From assembly GCA_035543015.1 (NCBI GenBank), contig DATKKG010000075.1, positions 1-24,000 of the forward strand: a DNA stretch of 24,000 bases, in the 5' to 3' direction. A model generated the notes under the pieces. That model did no database searches. It saw only the letters and a list, made by a program, of their open reading frames with translations, and had not been told where the DNA came from. The translations under genes and the position numbers were made by a program. Positions 1 to 7,559 of this stretch are shown piece by piece. Each line of letters starts with the position of its first letter. Position 1 is the stretch's first letter. The DNA is from Conexivisphaerales archaeon (lineage in GTDB: Archaea > Thermoproteota > Nitrososphaeria > Conexivisphaerales > DTJL01).

Positions 1-1
1 C

Positions 2-145
2 TCTTCGATAAAGGAATACGAGTCTCAGGTCGGGCTGGCGACGGAGAAGGTCAAGGAGGCCCTCGCGGGGCTCGAGAAGCTCTCGCGCTGGCGCATGGTC
101 GAGGTCGCAAACCAGAGCAAGAGCAAGGCGGAATCGAACCCTTAG
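2..145 (+). CDS. 3' end of an unidentified protein, 5'-truncated by the window edge
   Basis: Open frame from the window edge (...SSIKEYESQVGLATEKVKEALAGLEKLSRWRMVEVANQSKSKAESNP*) with GC3-rich codons like neighbouring genes, ending at TAG 143-145. No family recognised. Confidence 0.35.
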   Translation, partial: SSIKEYESQVGLATEKVKEALAGLEKLSRWRMVEVANQSKSKAESNP

Positions 146-351
146 GTTAGGGGCTCCTCAGGCTTCGCGACCATCAACTTGCCAGGGCATCACGTTTCGC
201 GGACTACCACCTAGGCCATACGGGTCCGAAGTACCCGCGACCACCGGCGGTGAACCCCAAAGAGAACCCGAGGCACCGCAAAGAAAGACTCAGTGAGCCG
301 CCTTGAATGATGTAGACGAAGCGTAATGAATCCATGAATACCCTCAAGGCC

Positions 352-789
352 TCATCCCTCGACCATGAGGGTTCCGCGCATGTACTGGTGGACCGTGCAG
401 AAGATGTTGCAGTAGAAGGTGTAGTTGCCGGGGTTGGTGGCCGTGAAGGTCACGCTGTCGCTTTCCCCAGGTCCCACGATGAGTCCCTGAGGGAAATAGC
501 CGTCGATGGCGAACCCGTGCGCCTCAACCTTCCCGTCATTGATCACGTTGATGGTGACGTTGTCCCCCACATGGACGGCGATTACGGGCCACGGCAGGCC
601 GTGCTGCACCGAGCCGTTGAATCCGTTGGAATCGGCCATTATGGTGAAGTTCAGCATGTGCGGCTGGACCTCAGCCGGAGGCCGATTCAGATACAGGACC
701 GCCAGCGCGATGGCCAACGCAGCCACGAGCACCACCGCGACCAACACTCTTGACCTGCTGCTTGACAGCGCCAATCTACCCCCAGACAT
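352..789 (-). CDS. Membrane-anchored CuA-type cupredoxin domain protein (NosZ C-terminal / COX2-like)
   Basis: 145 aa with an N-terminal TM anchor (VLVAVVLVAALAIALAVLYL). The C-terminal half, EAHGFAI...PGNYTFYCNIFCTVHQYMRGTLMVEG, resembles the NosZ/COX2 CuA pattern (HGF...YYCxxFCxxxHxxMxGxMxVE). ATG start lies 6 nt after the ZIP stop, so an operon is likely. Confidence 0.75.
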   Translation of the reverse strand: MSGGRLALSSSRSRVLVAVVLVAALAIALAVLYLNRPPAEVQPHMLNFTIMADSNGFNGSVQHGLPWPVIAVHVGDNVTINVINDGKVEAHGFAIDGYFPQGLIVGPGESDSVTFTATNPGNYTFYCNIFCTVHQYMRGTLMVEG

Positions 790-795
790 GGAAAC

Positions 796-1530
796 CTATC
801 CCGTGTGCAGCAGCGCCGCGAAATAAATCATCAGGAACCCCACACAGAATGCCACGGCAAGCTTCGTCCTGTCCCCGGCACCCATGGCCTGTGGGGTGAG
901 CCTGAGGAGCATATAGATGTCGCCACCTGAAGCCGCAGCTAGGAGGTACGTGGACGGAATTATCGCGAAGTACCCGAACGGCGTGGCTACAGCCGCCATG
1001 ACCCCCACAATGCCGCTGAGCAGAACCGCGTCCTTCAGGCTGGGCTTCGAAGTGCCCGCCACGAGGAAGGCGGAAAGCATGAAGCCTTCGATGGCCTTGT
1101 GCGTGACGAAGGCGATGGTCTCCGCGCCCAGCAGGCTCCCTACACCCGTCATTGCGAGGCCGTCTCCTATGTCCATCGCTTCTCCGCCTGAATGGAGCCC
1201 CAAGGAGATCGCCGCAAGGATCGCAACCATGAATGAAAGCCCCCCCGGATTCAGGAACCCCTTGTCCAGATAGACCAGAGCGACGAACGCGACGATGAAG
1301 CACAGGACCAGGGCCGCCTGTGTCAACCCGCCCCCGAAGCCCTGGGCGACGTCCAGGTCCACCGCATCGCTCATGAGGTCGACGAACAGCCAAGTCAGGA
1401 TCCCGACGCCGATGGCCGCGACGATCCCCTTGCCGATCGAGCCGCCCAATAGGACGCCGATGAAGGAGCCGACGATTAAGGGCACGAACGTCGACGCAAA
1501 AACCAGGGCCATCGCTGTCAGGACGTCCAT
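796..1530 (-). CDS. ZIP family divalent-metal transporter (ZupT-like)
   Basis: 244 aa, polytopic and Gly/Ala-rich. Carries the paired ZIP signatures LGLHSGGEAM and FVTHKAIEGF (HxxxEG). Confidence 0.8.
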   Translation of the reverse strand: MDVLTAMALVFASTFVPLIVGSFIGVLLGGSIGKGIVAAIGVGILTWLFVDLMSDAVDLDVAQGFGGGLTQAALVLCFIVAFVALVYLDKGFLNPGGLSFMVAILAAISLGLHSGGEAMDIGDGLAMTGVGSLLGAETIAFVTHKAIEGFMLSAFLVAGTSKPSLKDAVLLSGIVGVMAAVATPFGYFAIIPSTYLLAAASGGDIYMLLRLTPQAMGAGDRTKLAVAFCVGFLMIYFAALLHTG

Positions 1531-1858
1531 TATCTCACCTGTTCTTCCTCGGAGTCTTAGAGTTTATAATGATTTCCGGGAATCCACCGAGGTCTCGCTG
1601 ATTCAGAGGCAACCCGAAGGATCGTACGTCATCACAGCACATGGCAGGCTGCAGCTCCGGCTGTCTTCAGCGCATCGACGAGGCCGCCCAAATCTTCGCC
1701 GAGGGAGAGCGTTACACTTGGGGGATGCGGGAGAGCGAGGGCGGCGAATTCATGATTCGCCCGGTGTTCATAGAGCAGGTGAAGAAGGTGTGGATCAACG
1801 AAGTCGTATTAGCACCGACCAGTCGTAAATGGGCGATCGAGCGTCCGCTCGGCGGGAC

Positions 1859-2077
1859 CTATACTTCGACCGTGTCCCTATCCTTCGGGTCCAGGGACTT
1901 TCTCAGCTGCCCTTTGACCCAGTCGGAGTTCTCATCGTTCCTCAACTCCTTTGTCGCTTCGTCCCTGGACAGCTTCTCGGTCCTCTTCTGCTCGGCCTCG
2001 TAGAGGGTGTGCATGTCCTTGTACGCCACCCTCTTACCCTTGGTGTCCTCTTCGACGACGGAAGACATTATTGTCAT
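1859..2077 (-). CDS. Small hydrophilic hypothetical protein (72 aa)
   Basis: Charged, non-repetitive sequence (…KRVAYKDMHTLYEAEQKRTEKLSRDEATKELRNDENSDW…) with an ATG start. No family recognised. Conflicts with the + ORF 1641-2003. Confidence 0.45.
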   Translation of the reverse strand: MTIMSSVVEEDTKGKRVAYKDMHTLYEAEQKRTEKLSRDEATKELRNDENSDWVKGQLRKSLDPKDRDTVEV

Positions 2078-2287
2078 GATCGTAGCCCCGGACCATTAAG
2101 GGTTCTCCTATCTACTAGATTGACAATCGGTCAAAAGGTGAAGACACGGTCTCAATGGCACCATTTCCACACACTCGGCTTTGGATAAGCCAACTTCATT
2201 CCTTTCGTCCTGGGTTCGCGCACCACCTAGTGGATCGAAGTCTGGCAGAAATACGGTGACACGATCGAGACGTCGAAAGCGGTCCTA

Positions 2288-2315
2288 GGGGTCCCGGCCT
2301 CGCACTCGGGACCCC
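2288..2315 (-). terminator. Perfect 9-bp GC hairpin about 25 nt downstream of the hsp20 stop
   Basis: ggggtcccg (2288-2296) and cgggacccc (2307-2315) form a 9-bp stem with a 10-nt loop, just 3' of the minus-strand Hsp20 gene. Confidence 0.35.
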
Positions 2316-2338
2316 GACCCGATGTACGGACGACCGCC

Positions 2339-2872
2339 CTACTTCACCGATAACTTGCGCCCCTTGACCTGGGTTGGCGTCTTCTTCGGGACCGTGACCT
2401 CAAGCACACCGTCTTTCACAGAAGCCTCGGCCTTTTCGCTCTCCACCGGCTCGGGGAACAGCATTGTCCTCGACATCTTCGAGTATCCTCTCTCCCTCCG
2501 GACGAACCCCTCCTTCTCTTGCTTGACCTCGGTCTTCGCCTCGCCTTCCACCGTGATCTCGCTATCCGTCACCGTGATGTCCAGCTTGTCCTTTGGGATG
2601 CCGGGGACCTCGATCACTAGCCTATACTCCTTCCCCGTATCGACCAGGTCCGCGTACGGGCGCCTCACTCCGGGAAGCCTCGCGAACCACTTGCTCTTAG
2701 GCTCGAGCCACAGGTCTCCGAACGGCGCATCTCTCTCGAAGCGCCTTGCGGCGTCGTCGAACACGCGAGCCATATAGTGCACGTACTCCTCGGGACTCCA
2801 GGGAGTCAAGCTCGTTCCGCTCTTCGTCTCCTCTTTCTCTTCAGGAACCTTCTTCCCTTCGCTATTCGTCAA
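2339..2872 (-). CDS. Small heat-shock protein, Hsp20/alpha-crystallin family
   Basis: 177 aa with an alpha-crystallin domain: VDTGKEYRLVIEVPGIPKDKLDITVTDSEITVEGE...FPEPVESEKAEASVKDGVLEVTVPKK. Confidence 0.9.
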   Translation of the reverse strand: MTNSEGKKVPEEKEETKSGTSLTPWSPEEYVHYMARVFDDAARRFERDAPFGDLWLEPKSKWFARLPGVRRPYADLVDTGKEYRLVIEVPGIPKDKLDITVTDSEITVEGEAKTEVKQEKEGFVRRERGYSKMSRTMLFPEPVESEKAEASVKDGVLEVTVPKKTPTQVKGRKLSVK

Positions 2873-3014
2873 CCTATCTTACACCTATCGTACGCAGGTT
2901 ATTCCTCACGGTATTTACTCAGCGCGTATTCTGTGCAACCTTTTGCAACCTCTCATGTCAGAGCCTTAGATGGGCCGGGTAGGACTCTGGTCTCAGTGAG
3001 TATGACGCTGTGGA

Positions 3015-3090
3015 TGGGCCGGGCAGGATTCGAACCTGCGATCTTCGCCGTGTCAGAGCGACGTCCAAGACCAGACTAGACGACCGGCCC
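3015..3090 (-). tRNA. tRNA-Val (anticodon GAC), no encoded CCA
   Basis: The reverse complement folds by hand into a 76-nt cloverleaf: GGGCCGG-TC-GTCT-AGTCTGGTCTT-GGAC-G-TCGCT-CTGACAC-GGCGA-AGATC-GCAGG-TTCGAAT-CCTGC-CCGGCCC-A. Seven-bp acceptor stem, T-loop TTCGAAT, anticodon loop CT-GAC-AC. Confidence 0.92.
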
Positions 3091-3119
3091 CTACTTCGTT
3101 TAGCTCCGCTTGAGATTCG

Positions 3120-3126
3120 ATTTAAA
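3120..3126. promoter_or_regulatory. Archaeal TATA box (ATTTAAA/TTTAAAT) between divergent tRNA-Val and hmgA
   Basis: The palindromic core TTTAAA lies about 30 nt upstream of the tRNA 5' end (3090) on the minus strand, preceded there by a purine-rich BRE-like cgaaaagg. It could also serve the + strand hmgA gene. Confidence 0.5.
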
Positions 3127-3189
3127 CCTTTTCGGGGGAGGGAAGGGAACTGACGAACGAATACCGTCTCTCTCACATGGTTTATCTAC

Positions 3190-4479
3190 ATGCAACTGAC
3201 GAAGGAACAACCGACTCTTCGAATGAGCACTCTTTCGGGCCTCTACAAGGTCGACATGGAAACGAGGATGAAACGCGTGAAGGAGTTCGCCAACCTCGCC
3301 GACGAAGAAGCGGCCTCCATCTACTCCATGGACTCCCTCAAGAGGGACGTGGCCGACAGGATGATAGAGAACGTCATCGGTGCCATCCAGCTCCCTCTGG
3401 GCGTGGCCACCAACTTCCTCATCAACGGGAAGGAGTACGCCGTCCCCATGGCCATAGAGGAGCCCAGCGTCGTGGCCGCCGCGTCCAACGCCGCCAAGAT
3501 GACCAGGGCGAAGGGGGGCTTCCACGCCGTCTCCACCAGGCCCCTCATGGTGGCCCAGATACAGTCGGTGGGCGTCCCCGACCCCTACGCCGCAGTGCAG
3601 AAGGTCATCGCCCACACAAAGGAGATCCTAGAGATAAGCAACGAGACCAACCCCACCCTCGTCAAGCTGGGAGGAGGCGCCGTTGATCTGGACGCCAGGG
3701 TCCTCGACACCAGCAGGGGGAAGATGGTGATAACGGAGATCACCGTCGACTGCAGGGACGCCATGGGGGCCAACACCGTCAACACCATGGCCGAGACCGT
3801 GGCCCCCCTCATCGACTCCCTCATCGGGGGGAGGGTGCGGCTCAGGATCCTCTCCAACCTCGCGACGAAGAGGCTGGTGCGCTCATGGGCGACCTTCGAC
3901 AAGGAGTCCTTGGGCGGCTCCGACGTCGTTGAGGGGATACTTGACGCCTATGCCTTCGCCGAGGCGGACCCCTACCGCGCCACCACCCACAACAAGGGAA
4001 TCATGAACGGCATATCGTCGGTGGCTCTCGCGACGGGCAACGACACCCGGGCCATAGAGTCCGGCGCCCACGCATACGCCGCCAGGAGCGGCCGCTACAC
4101 ATCCCTCACCAGGTACGAGAAGGACGCCGAGGGGAACATCGTGGGCTCCATAGAGCTCCCCATAGCCTCGGGCATCCTGGGAGGGGCCACCTCCACCCAC
4201 CCCGTCGCCAAGGCCTCCATCAAGATCCTGGGGGTGAAGTCCGCCCAGGAGCTGGCCTGCGTGATGGCTTCCGTGGGACTCGCCCAGAACCTGGCAGCCC
4301 TGAGGGCCTTGGCAACGGAGGGAATCAGCAAGGGTCACATGAAGCTGCATGCGAGGAACCTCGCCGTCATGGCCGGGGCGCCGCCCGAGCTGATATCCAG
4401 GGTGGTCGAGGAGATGGAGAAAGAGCCCCATGTCACCTACGACAAGGTCGTCGAGATAGTCAAGAGGCTGAAGGCCTAG
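3190..4479 (+). CDS. hmgA: Hydroxymethylglutaryl-CoA reductase, class II (mevalonate pathway)
   Basis: 429 aa. ENVIGAIQLPLGVATNFLINGKEYAVPMAIEEPSVVAAASNAAK, DAMGANTVNTM and HNKGIMNG match the class II (Pseudomonas mevalonii type) enzyme. The alternative ATG at 3223 (MSTLSGLY...) aligns better with class II N-termini. Confidence 0.93.
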   Translation: MQLTKEQPTLRMSTLSGLYKVDMETRMKRVKEFANLADEEAASIYSMDSLKRDVADRMIENVIGAIQLPLGVATNFLINGKEYAVPMAIEEPSVVAAASNAAKMTRAKGGFHAVSTRPLMVAQIQSVGVPDPYAAVQKVIAHTKEILEISNETNPTLVKLGGGAVDLDARVLDTSRGKMVITEITVDCRDAMGANTVNTMAETVAPLIDSLIGGRVRLRILSNLATKRLVRSWATFDKESLGGSDVVEGILDAYAFAEADPYRATTHNKGIMNGISSVALATGNDTRAIESGAHAYAARSGRYTSLTRYEKDAEGNIVGSIELPIASGILGGATSTHPVAKASIKILGVKSAQELACVMASVGLAQNLAALRALATEGISKGHMKLHARNLAVMAGAPPELISRVVEEMEKEPHVTYDKVVEIVKRLKA

Positions 4480-4505
4480 AATACACGGGCCCTATGTCAG
4501 TGGCG

Positions 4506-5564
4506 CTACCTGCCCTCTCCTGAGGCTAGGTCTTCGAGCACCTGGTAGCAGTGCATGGCGTCCTTGGACTCGAGCACGACTATGGCCGTAAGCGTCGCAG
4601 TGATGTATTCGACCAGGTTGATCCCATGTGCCGCCAGCTCCGCCGTTATGACCGCGGCCACCCCGGGGACCTTCATCGTGGCTTCCGACAACGAAATCAC
4701 GACCTCCGAGAGGTTGTCGATCACTCGCAGTATGCTCTTCTGCGGGATCAAGGAGGTTAGCTTCTCCTGATTCTTCGCGTCGAACACCACGCTCACCGTC
4801 TCCAGCGCGGACACCATGTGAAGGGTCTCGCCCCTCGCGTAGTCGACCTCGCCGTTGAACTTGGCAAGCCCGACGGAGACCTCCGGGGAATTGAGTATCA
4901 CGTAGTCGACTATCCTGTCTTTCAGCAGGAGCTTCTGGATGTACTTGCCCACGCCTTCAGGCATCGCCTTGTGCTCGGCGGCGTGGAACCTCTTCACGAC
5001 CTTCACCAAGGGCTCCTTCGTGCTCACCACGCGCTTCTGTCCCTTTGCCCAAGGAAGCACTACCCTGTAGACGTCGACCGGGAAGGCCACGTTCTTCATA
5101 TCGTGAGACTCTAGCTTGATCAGAGGGTAGCGAAGTTTGTTCCGGATCTGGTCGTAGACCTGCTGGGAGATGCACACTTCGCCGCCCGCGGCCATCGGCT
5201 CGATCCTGGAAGCGATGTTGACGGCGTCACCGAAGACGTCGCCGGCCTTATGGACCACGTCTCCCACATGGATGCCTATCCTGACTTTCACCTTCGTCCT
5301 GGCTCTCTGGTTGTAGTCATGGAGGACCTTCTGGATCTCGATTCCGCACCGGGTCGCTTCCAGCGCGCTCCTGAACTCGACCAGGAAAGCGTCACCCATC
5401 GTCTTGACCTCGGTACCTCCATGCCTGCGGAGCACCGGTCGAATCAGCTCCCTGTGCTTCTCAAGGAGCTTAAGGGCCAGTCGTTCGTTCTTCTGCGTTA
5501 ACGCAGAGTAGCCTACGATGTCCGTGAACATGATTGCCGCTAGCCTTCTTTCGGAGCCGGTCAA
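4506..5564 (-). CDS. Class III adenylate (nucleotidyl) cyclase catalytic domain fused to a C-terminal ACT-like domain
   Basis: The N-terminal 170 aa carry the CHD signatures MFTDIVGYS, VKTMGDAFLVEF, RIGIHVGDV and GDAVNIASRIE (both metal Asp, the Lys, and the Asn/Arg pair). The C-terminus, PGVAAVITAELAAHGINLVEYITATLTAIVVLESKDAMHCYQVLEDL, looks like an ACT fold. The only start keeping strand beta-1 is TTG at 5564; the first ATG is residue 12. Confidence 0.85.
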   Translation of the reverse strand: MTGSERRLAAIMFTDIVGYSALTQKNERLALKLLEKHRELIRPVLRRHGGTEVKTMGDAFLVEFRSALEATRCGIEIQKVLHDYNQRARTKVKVRIGIHVGDVVHKAGDVFGDAVNIASRIEPMAAGGEVCISQQVYDQIRNKLRYPLIKLESHDMKNVAFPVDVYRVVLPWAKGQKRVVSTKEPLVKVVKRFHAAEHKAMPEGVGKYIQKLLLKDRIVDYVILNSPEVSVGLAKFNGEVDYARGETLHMVSALETVSVVFDAKNQEKLTSLIPQKSILRVIDNLSEVVISLSEATMKVPGVAAVITAELAAHGINLVEYITATLTAIVVLESKDAMHCYQVLEDLASGEGR

Positions 5565-5714
5565 GTCTATGCCAACCTTCGATTCGAAACACTGAGGGTA
5601 AAAGGGTTTGGGAGGTAGTGTTCCAGGAAACCTGCGTTTCGCAAGACATAATAGCTTCCCGTCTCAAGGCCACAGGTAGAAGCTCCAATGGTAGGCAGCA
5701 ACACCTCCTTCGGA

Positions 5715-5867
5715 ATGGATGATGTGCTTCTATCCGTCGCCGTAGTCCTTCTCCTCTTCACGGCGCTGGTGGGCGGGAACTGGTGGTGGCCAGTCCTGAT
5801 CGTAGTCATCATCATACTTCTATTGGCGCTCTTCTTCAAGAGAAGGCCGAAGTCAGGAAAGGATTAG
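5715..5867 (+). CDS. Possible 50-aa two-TM micro-protein
   Basis: Hand-translated, below the ORF-track cutoff: MDDVLLSVAVVLLLFTALVGGNWWWPVLIVVIIILLLALFFKRRPKSGKD*. A TATA-like cataatag lies at about 5646. The competing minus ORF 5567-5839 looks non-coding. Confidence 0.3.
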   Translation: MDDVLLSVAVVLLLFTALVGGNWWWPVLIVVIIILLLALFFKRRPKSGKD

Positions 5868-5911
5868 GACGCGGCTCTTCTGCCGACTCGTTGGAACGGA
5901 CCCAGCAGGGC

Positions 5912-6370
5912 TCAGGTCTTCGTCGACCGCTCAAACAGCAGGGCCAGGGCAACGGCAAAGCCCAGGATCGCGTAGACTAGGTAGCCGGGGAACTCCGGAA
6001 CCGGCTGGAGGACGTCGACCTCGGCCACCATTTCAGGATGATAGAAGCAGTTATAGGTGAAGTTGCCTGCCTGGGCGAAGGCATACGAAAAGGACTTCCC
6101 GGGCTGAAGGTCGCCCGAGTTCCAGTAGACGGCCTGACCCCCGTCGGCCGTCGTCGTGTGGATCTGCGCACCCATATTGGTCCACACGACCGTGTCGCCC
6201 ACGTTCACCGTGAAGACTCGGGGAGAGAAGTAGTTGTCGCCCACTTGCACCGTCCAGGTCTGGGCAGCCCTCGCCGCGCCATCCCCCCTCAGACCCATCG
6301 TTGCGGAGTACATGATGAGGAGCAGCGACAGGATAAGGAGGCACCTCCTGAGCAATGAAGCGGAACGCAA
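5912..6370 (-). CDS. Secreted type-1 (blue) copper protein, amicyanin/plastocyanin-like, with PEF-CTERM-like anchor
   Basis: Signal-like N-terminus (LLILSLLLIMYSATMG). Cupredoxin body with His (AQIHTTT) and NCFYHPEM (C-x2-H-x2-M, amicyanin spacing). C-terminus is PVPEFPGYLVYAILGFAVALALLFERSTKT. Confidence 0.8.
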   Translation of the reverse strand: MRSASLLRRCLLILSLLLIMYSATMGLRGDGAARAAQTWTVQVGDNYFSPRVFTVNVGDTVVWTNMGAQIHTTTADGGQAVYWNSGDLQPGKSFSYAFAQAGNFTYNCFYHPEMVAEVDVLQPVPEFPGYLVYAILGFAVALALLFERSTKT

Positions 6371-6511
6371 GCCTGCTTTCGCTAGACGGACCGGGACTCT
6401 CGCGGATACTTAACCAATCCCCAAATACCGTCTACGACCCCAAGACCAGCGCCCTCCCTCCTAGTTTCGTGTGCGCAGTTCAAATACGGTGAAGGGATGG
6501 AGGACGCTCCG

Positions 6512-6802
6512 ATGCCATACTACCTTACCGTCGCCAACTGGACCGATCAGGGAATAAGGAACATCAAAGAGTCGCCCAAGAGGCTGGATGCCGCGAAGGC
6601 CCTGAGCGCCACCTTCGGGGGCAAGCTCGAGTGGTTCTATTACACCATGGGCAAGTACGACCTCGCCTTCGTGACCTCCTTCCCCAACGACGAAAGCGCC
6701 GCCAAGTTCCTCTTCTCCCTTGGGAAGCTGGGCAACCTGAAGACCGACACAATGAAAGCCATCCCAGAGGCCGAAGGCGTCAAACTCATCAACTCCCTCT
6801 AG
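6512..6802 (+). CDS. GYD domain protein
   Basis: MPYYLTVANWTDQGIRNIKESPKRLDAAKAL...YYTMGKYDLAFV...A is typical of the GYD family. The ATG at 6512 has GGAGGA 8 nt upstream; the longer ORF starts at 6497. Confidence 0.85.
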   Translation: MPYYLTVANWTDQGIRNIKESPKRLDAAKALSATFGGKLEWFYYTMGKYDLAFVTSFPNDESAAKFLFSLGKLGNLKTDTMKAIPEAEGVKLINSL

Positions 6803-6933
6803 AAGAGCTTCCCGTAGGCCGCGGCACCGTTTTGTTTCTCTGGAGCCATCAGTGGGGGCCAGGCTACTGTGCCGATGTCTCACTCTCCCAATACCACATA
6901 TGCGATGAGCGTAAGCAGGCCTTTCACCCTGAT

Positions 6934-6999
6934 CCGTATCATTATCGTATCACCCAGATTGCGGGCCGTATCGACATCGTACCACAGAACCTACTTACC
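6934..6999 (+). promoter_or_regulatory. Copy A of a 66-nt upstream module with four phased (C)GTATC boxes
   Basis: 52/66 ungapped identities with 8282-8347. GTATC/GTACC boxes fall at module offsets 3, 14, 35 and 46 (spacing 11/21/11 nt). Confidence 0.6.
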
Positions 7000-7034
7000 G
7001 CATCTATTCCATGGGCAACTCCGTGATCATGCAA

Positions 7035-7460
7035 ATGACACAGAATACGTCTTCCGGTATTCATAGCGTAGCCTGGATCCTCGCCCTCGTCGGCGGGATC
7101 CTGATGGTGCTGGGCGGTGCGTTGCTCCTGGGCGTCGGGGCCTTCGTCCTCCCGCATATGGACTTCACCGACGTCACGGTGCCGCAGAACTTCCCGGCTT
7201 CCGACATCCCGGCCCTCGCGTCCGGCTTCGTCGGCACGATGGGGGCCTTCGGGATTGTCTCGGGAGCCATAGTCCTAGTCTCGGCGATCATGCTCCTGAG
7301 GGGCACGAGCTCATGGAGGCTGTGGGGCGTCCTGATACTCGTCTTCTCGGTCCTCAGCTTCGTCGGGTCGGGCGGCTTCGTCCTCGGGGCGATCCTGGGG
7401 ATAATCGGCGGGATAATGGCCCTCGCATATAAGCCACCGATGCAGCAGGTCCAGATGTGA
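7035..7460 (+). CDS. Hypothetical polytopic membrane protein
   Basis: Gly/Leu-rich TM segments (WILALVGGILMVLGGALLLGVGAFVL, GAIVLVSAIMLL, GFVLGAILGIIGGIMALA). Start chosen at the ATG at 7035 (MTQNTSSG) because this codon block is conserved with the 8385 gene; the longest ORF starts at 7011. Confidence 0.65.
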   Translation: MTQNTSSGIHSVAWILALVGGILMVLGGALLLGVGAFVLPHMDFTDVTVPQNFPASDIPALASGFVGTMGAFGIVSGAIVLVSAIMLLRGTSSWRLWGVLILVFSVLSFVGSGGFVLGAILGIIGGIMALAYKPPMQQVQM

Positions 7461-7559
7461 GCTGGCTGCACCATACCGCGCAAGCTTGGCAAGTGGTGGC
7501 GACCGTGATCACAGAACACCCTGTTCTTTCATATTCAGAACGGCAGCGGATGGATCCCT

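Noticed and set aside
334-826. Plus-strand ORFs 334-753 and 506-826, overlapping the cupredoxin gene
   Set aside because: They are antisense or shadow frames of a GC3-rich gene with compositionally odd products (H/R/D/G-rich). The minus-strand product has a clear cupredoxin motif and TM anchor.
776-1828. ORFs 776-1393(-), 917-1273(+) and 1295-1828(+), overlapping the ZIP gene
   Set aside because: The products are Arg/Pro/Gly-rich and low-complexity, typical of off-frame translation of GC-rich DNA. The 796-1530(-) frame carries the ZIP HxxxEG motifs.
1641-2003. 120-aa plus-strand ORF (MAGCSSGCLQRIDEAAQIFAEGERYTWGMRESEGG...)
   Set aside because: The first 60 or so codons look moderately coding, but the last 145 nt overlap the more protein-like 1859-2077(-) ORF. 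The tail (SLSFGSRDFLSCPLTQSEFSSF) looks like antisense translation. Left uncalled; could be revisited with expression data.
3100-4431. Several long ORFs inside or antisense to hmgA (3100-3615-, 3177-3686+, 3585-3902-, 3883-4431-)
   Set aside because: They are shadow ORFs with G/H/R/P-rich products. The hmgA frame is unambiguous.
5567-5839. 90-aa minus-strand ORF upstream of the cyclase
   Set aside because: The product is T/R/S-rich with no hydrophobic core or motif. A cleaner 50-aa membrane micro-ORF occupies the plus strand here.
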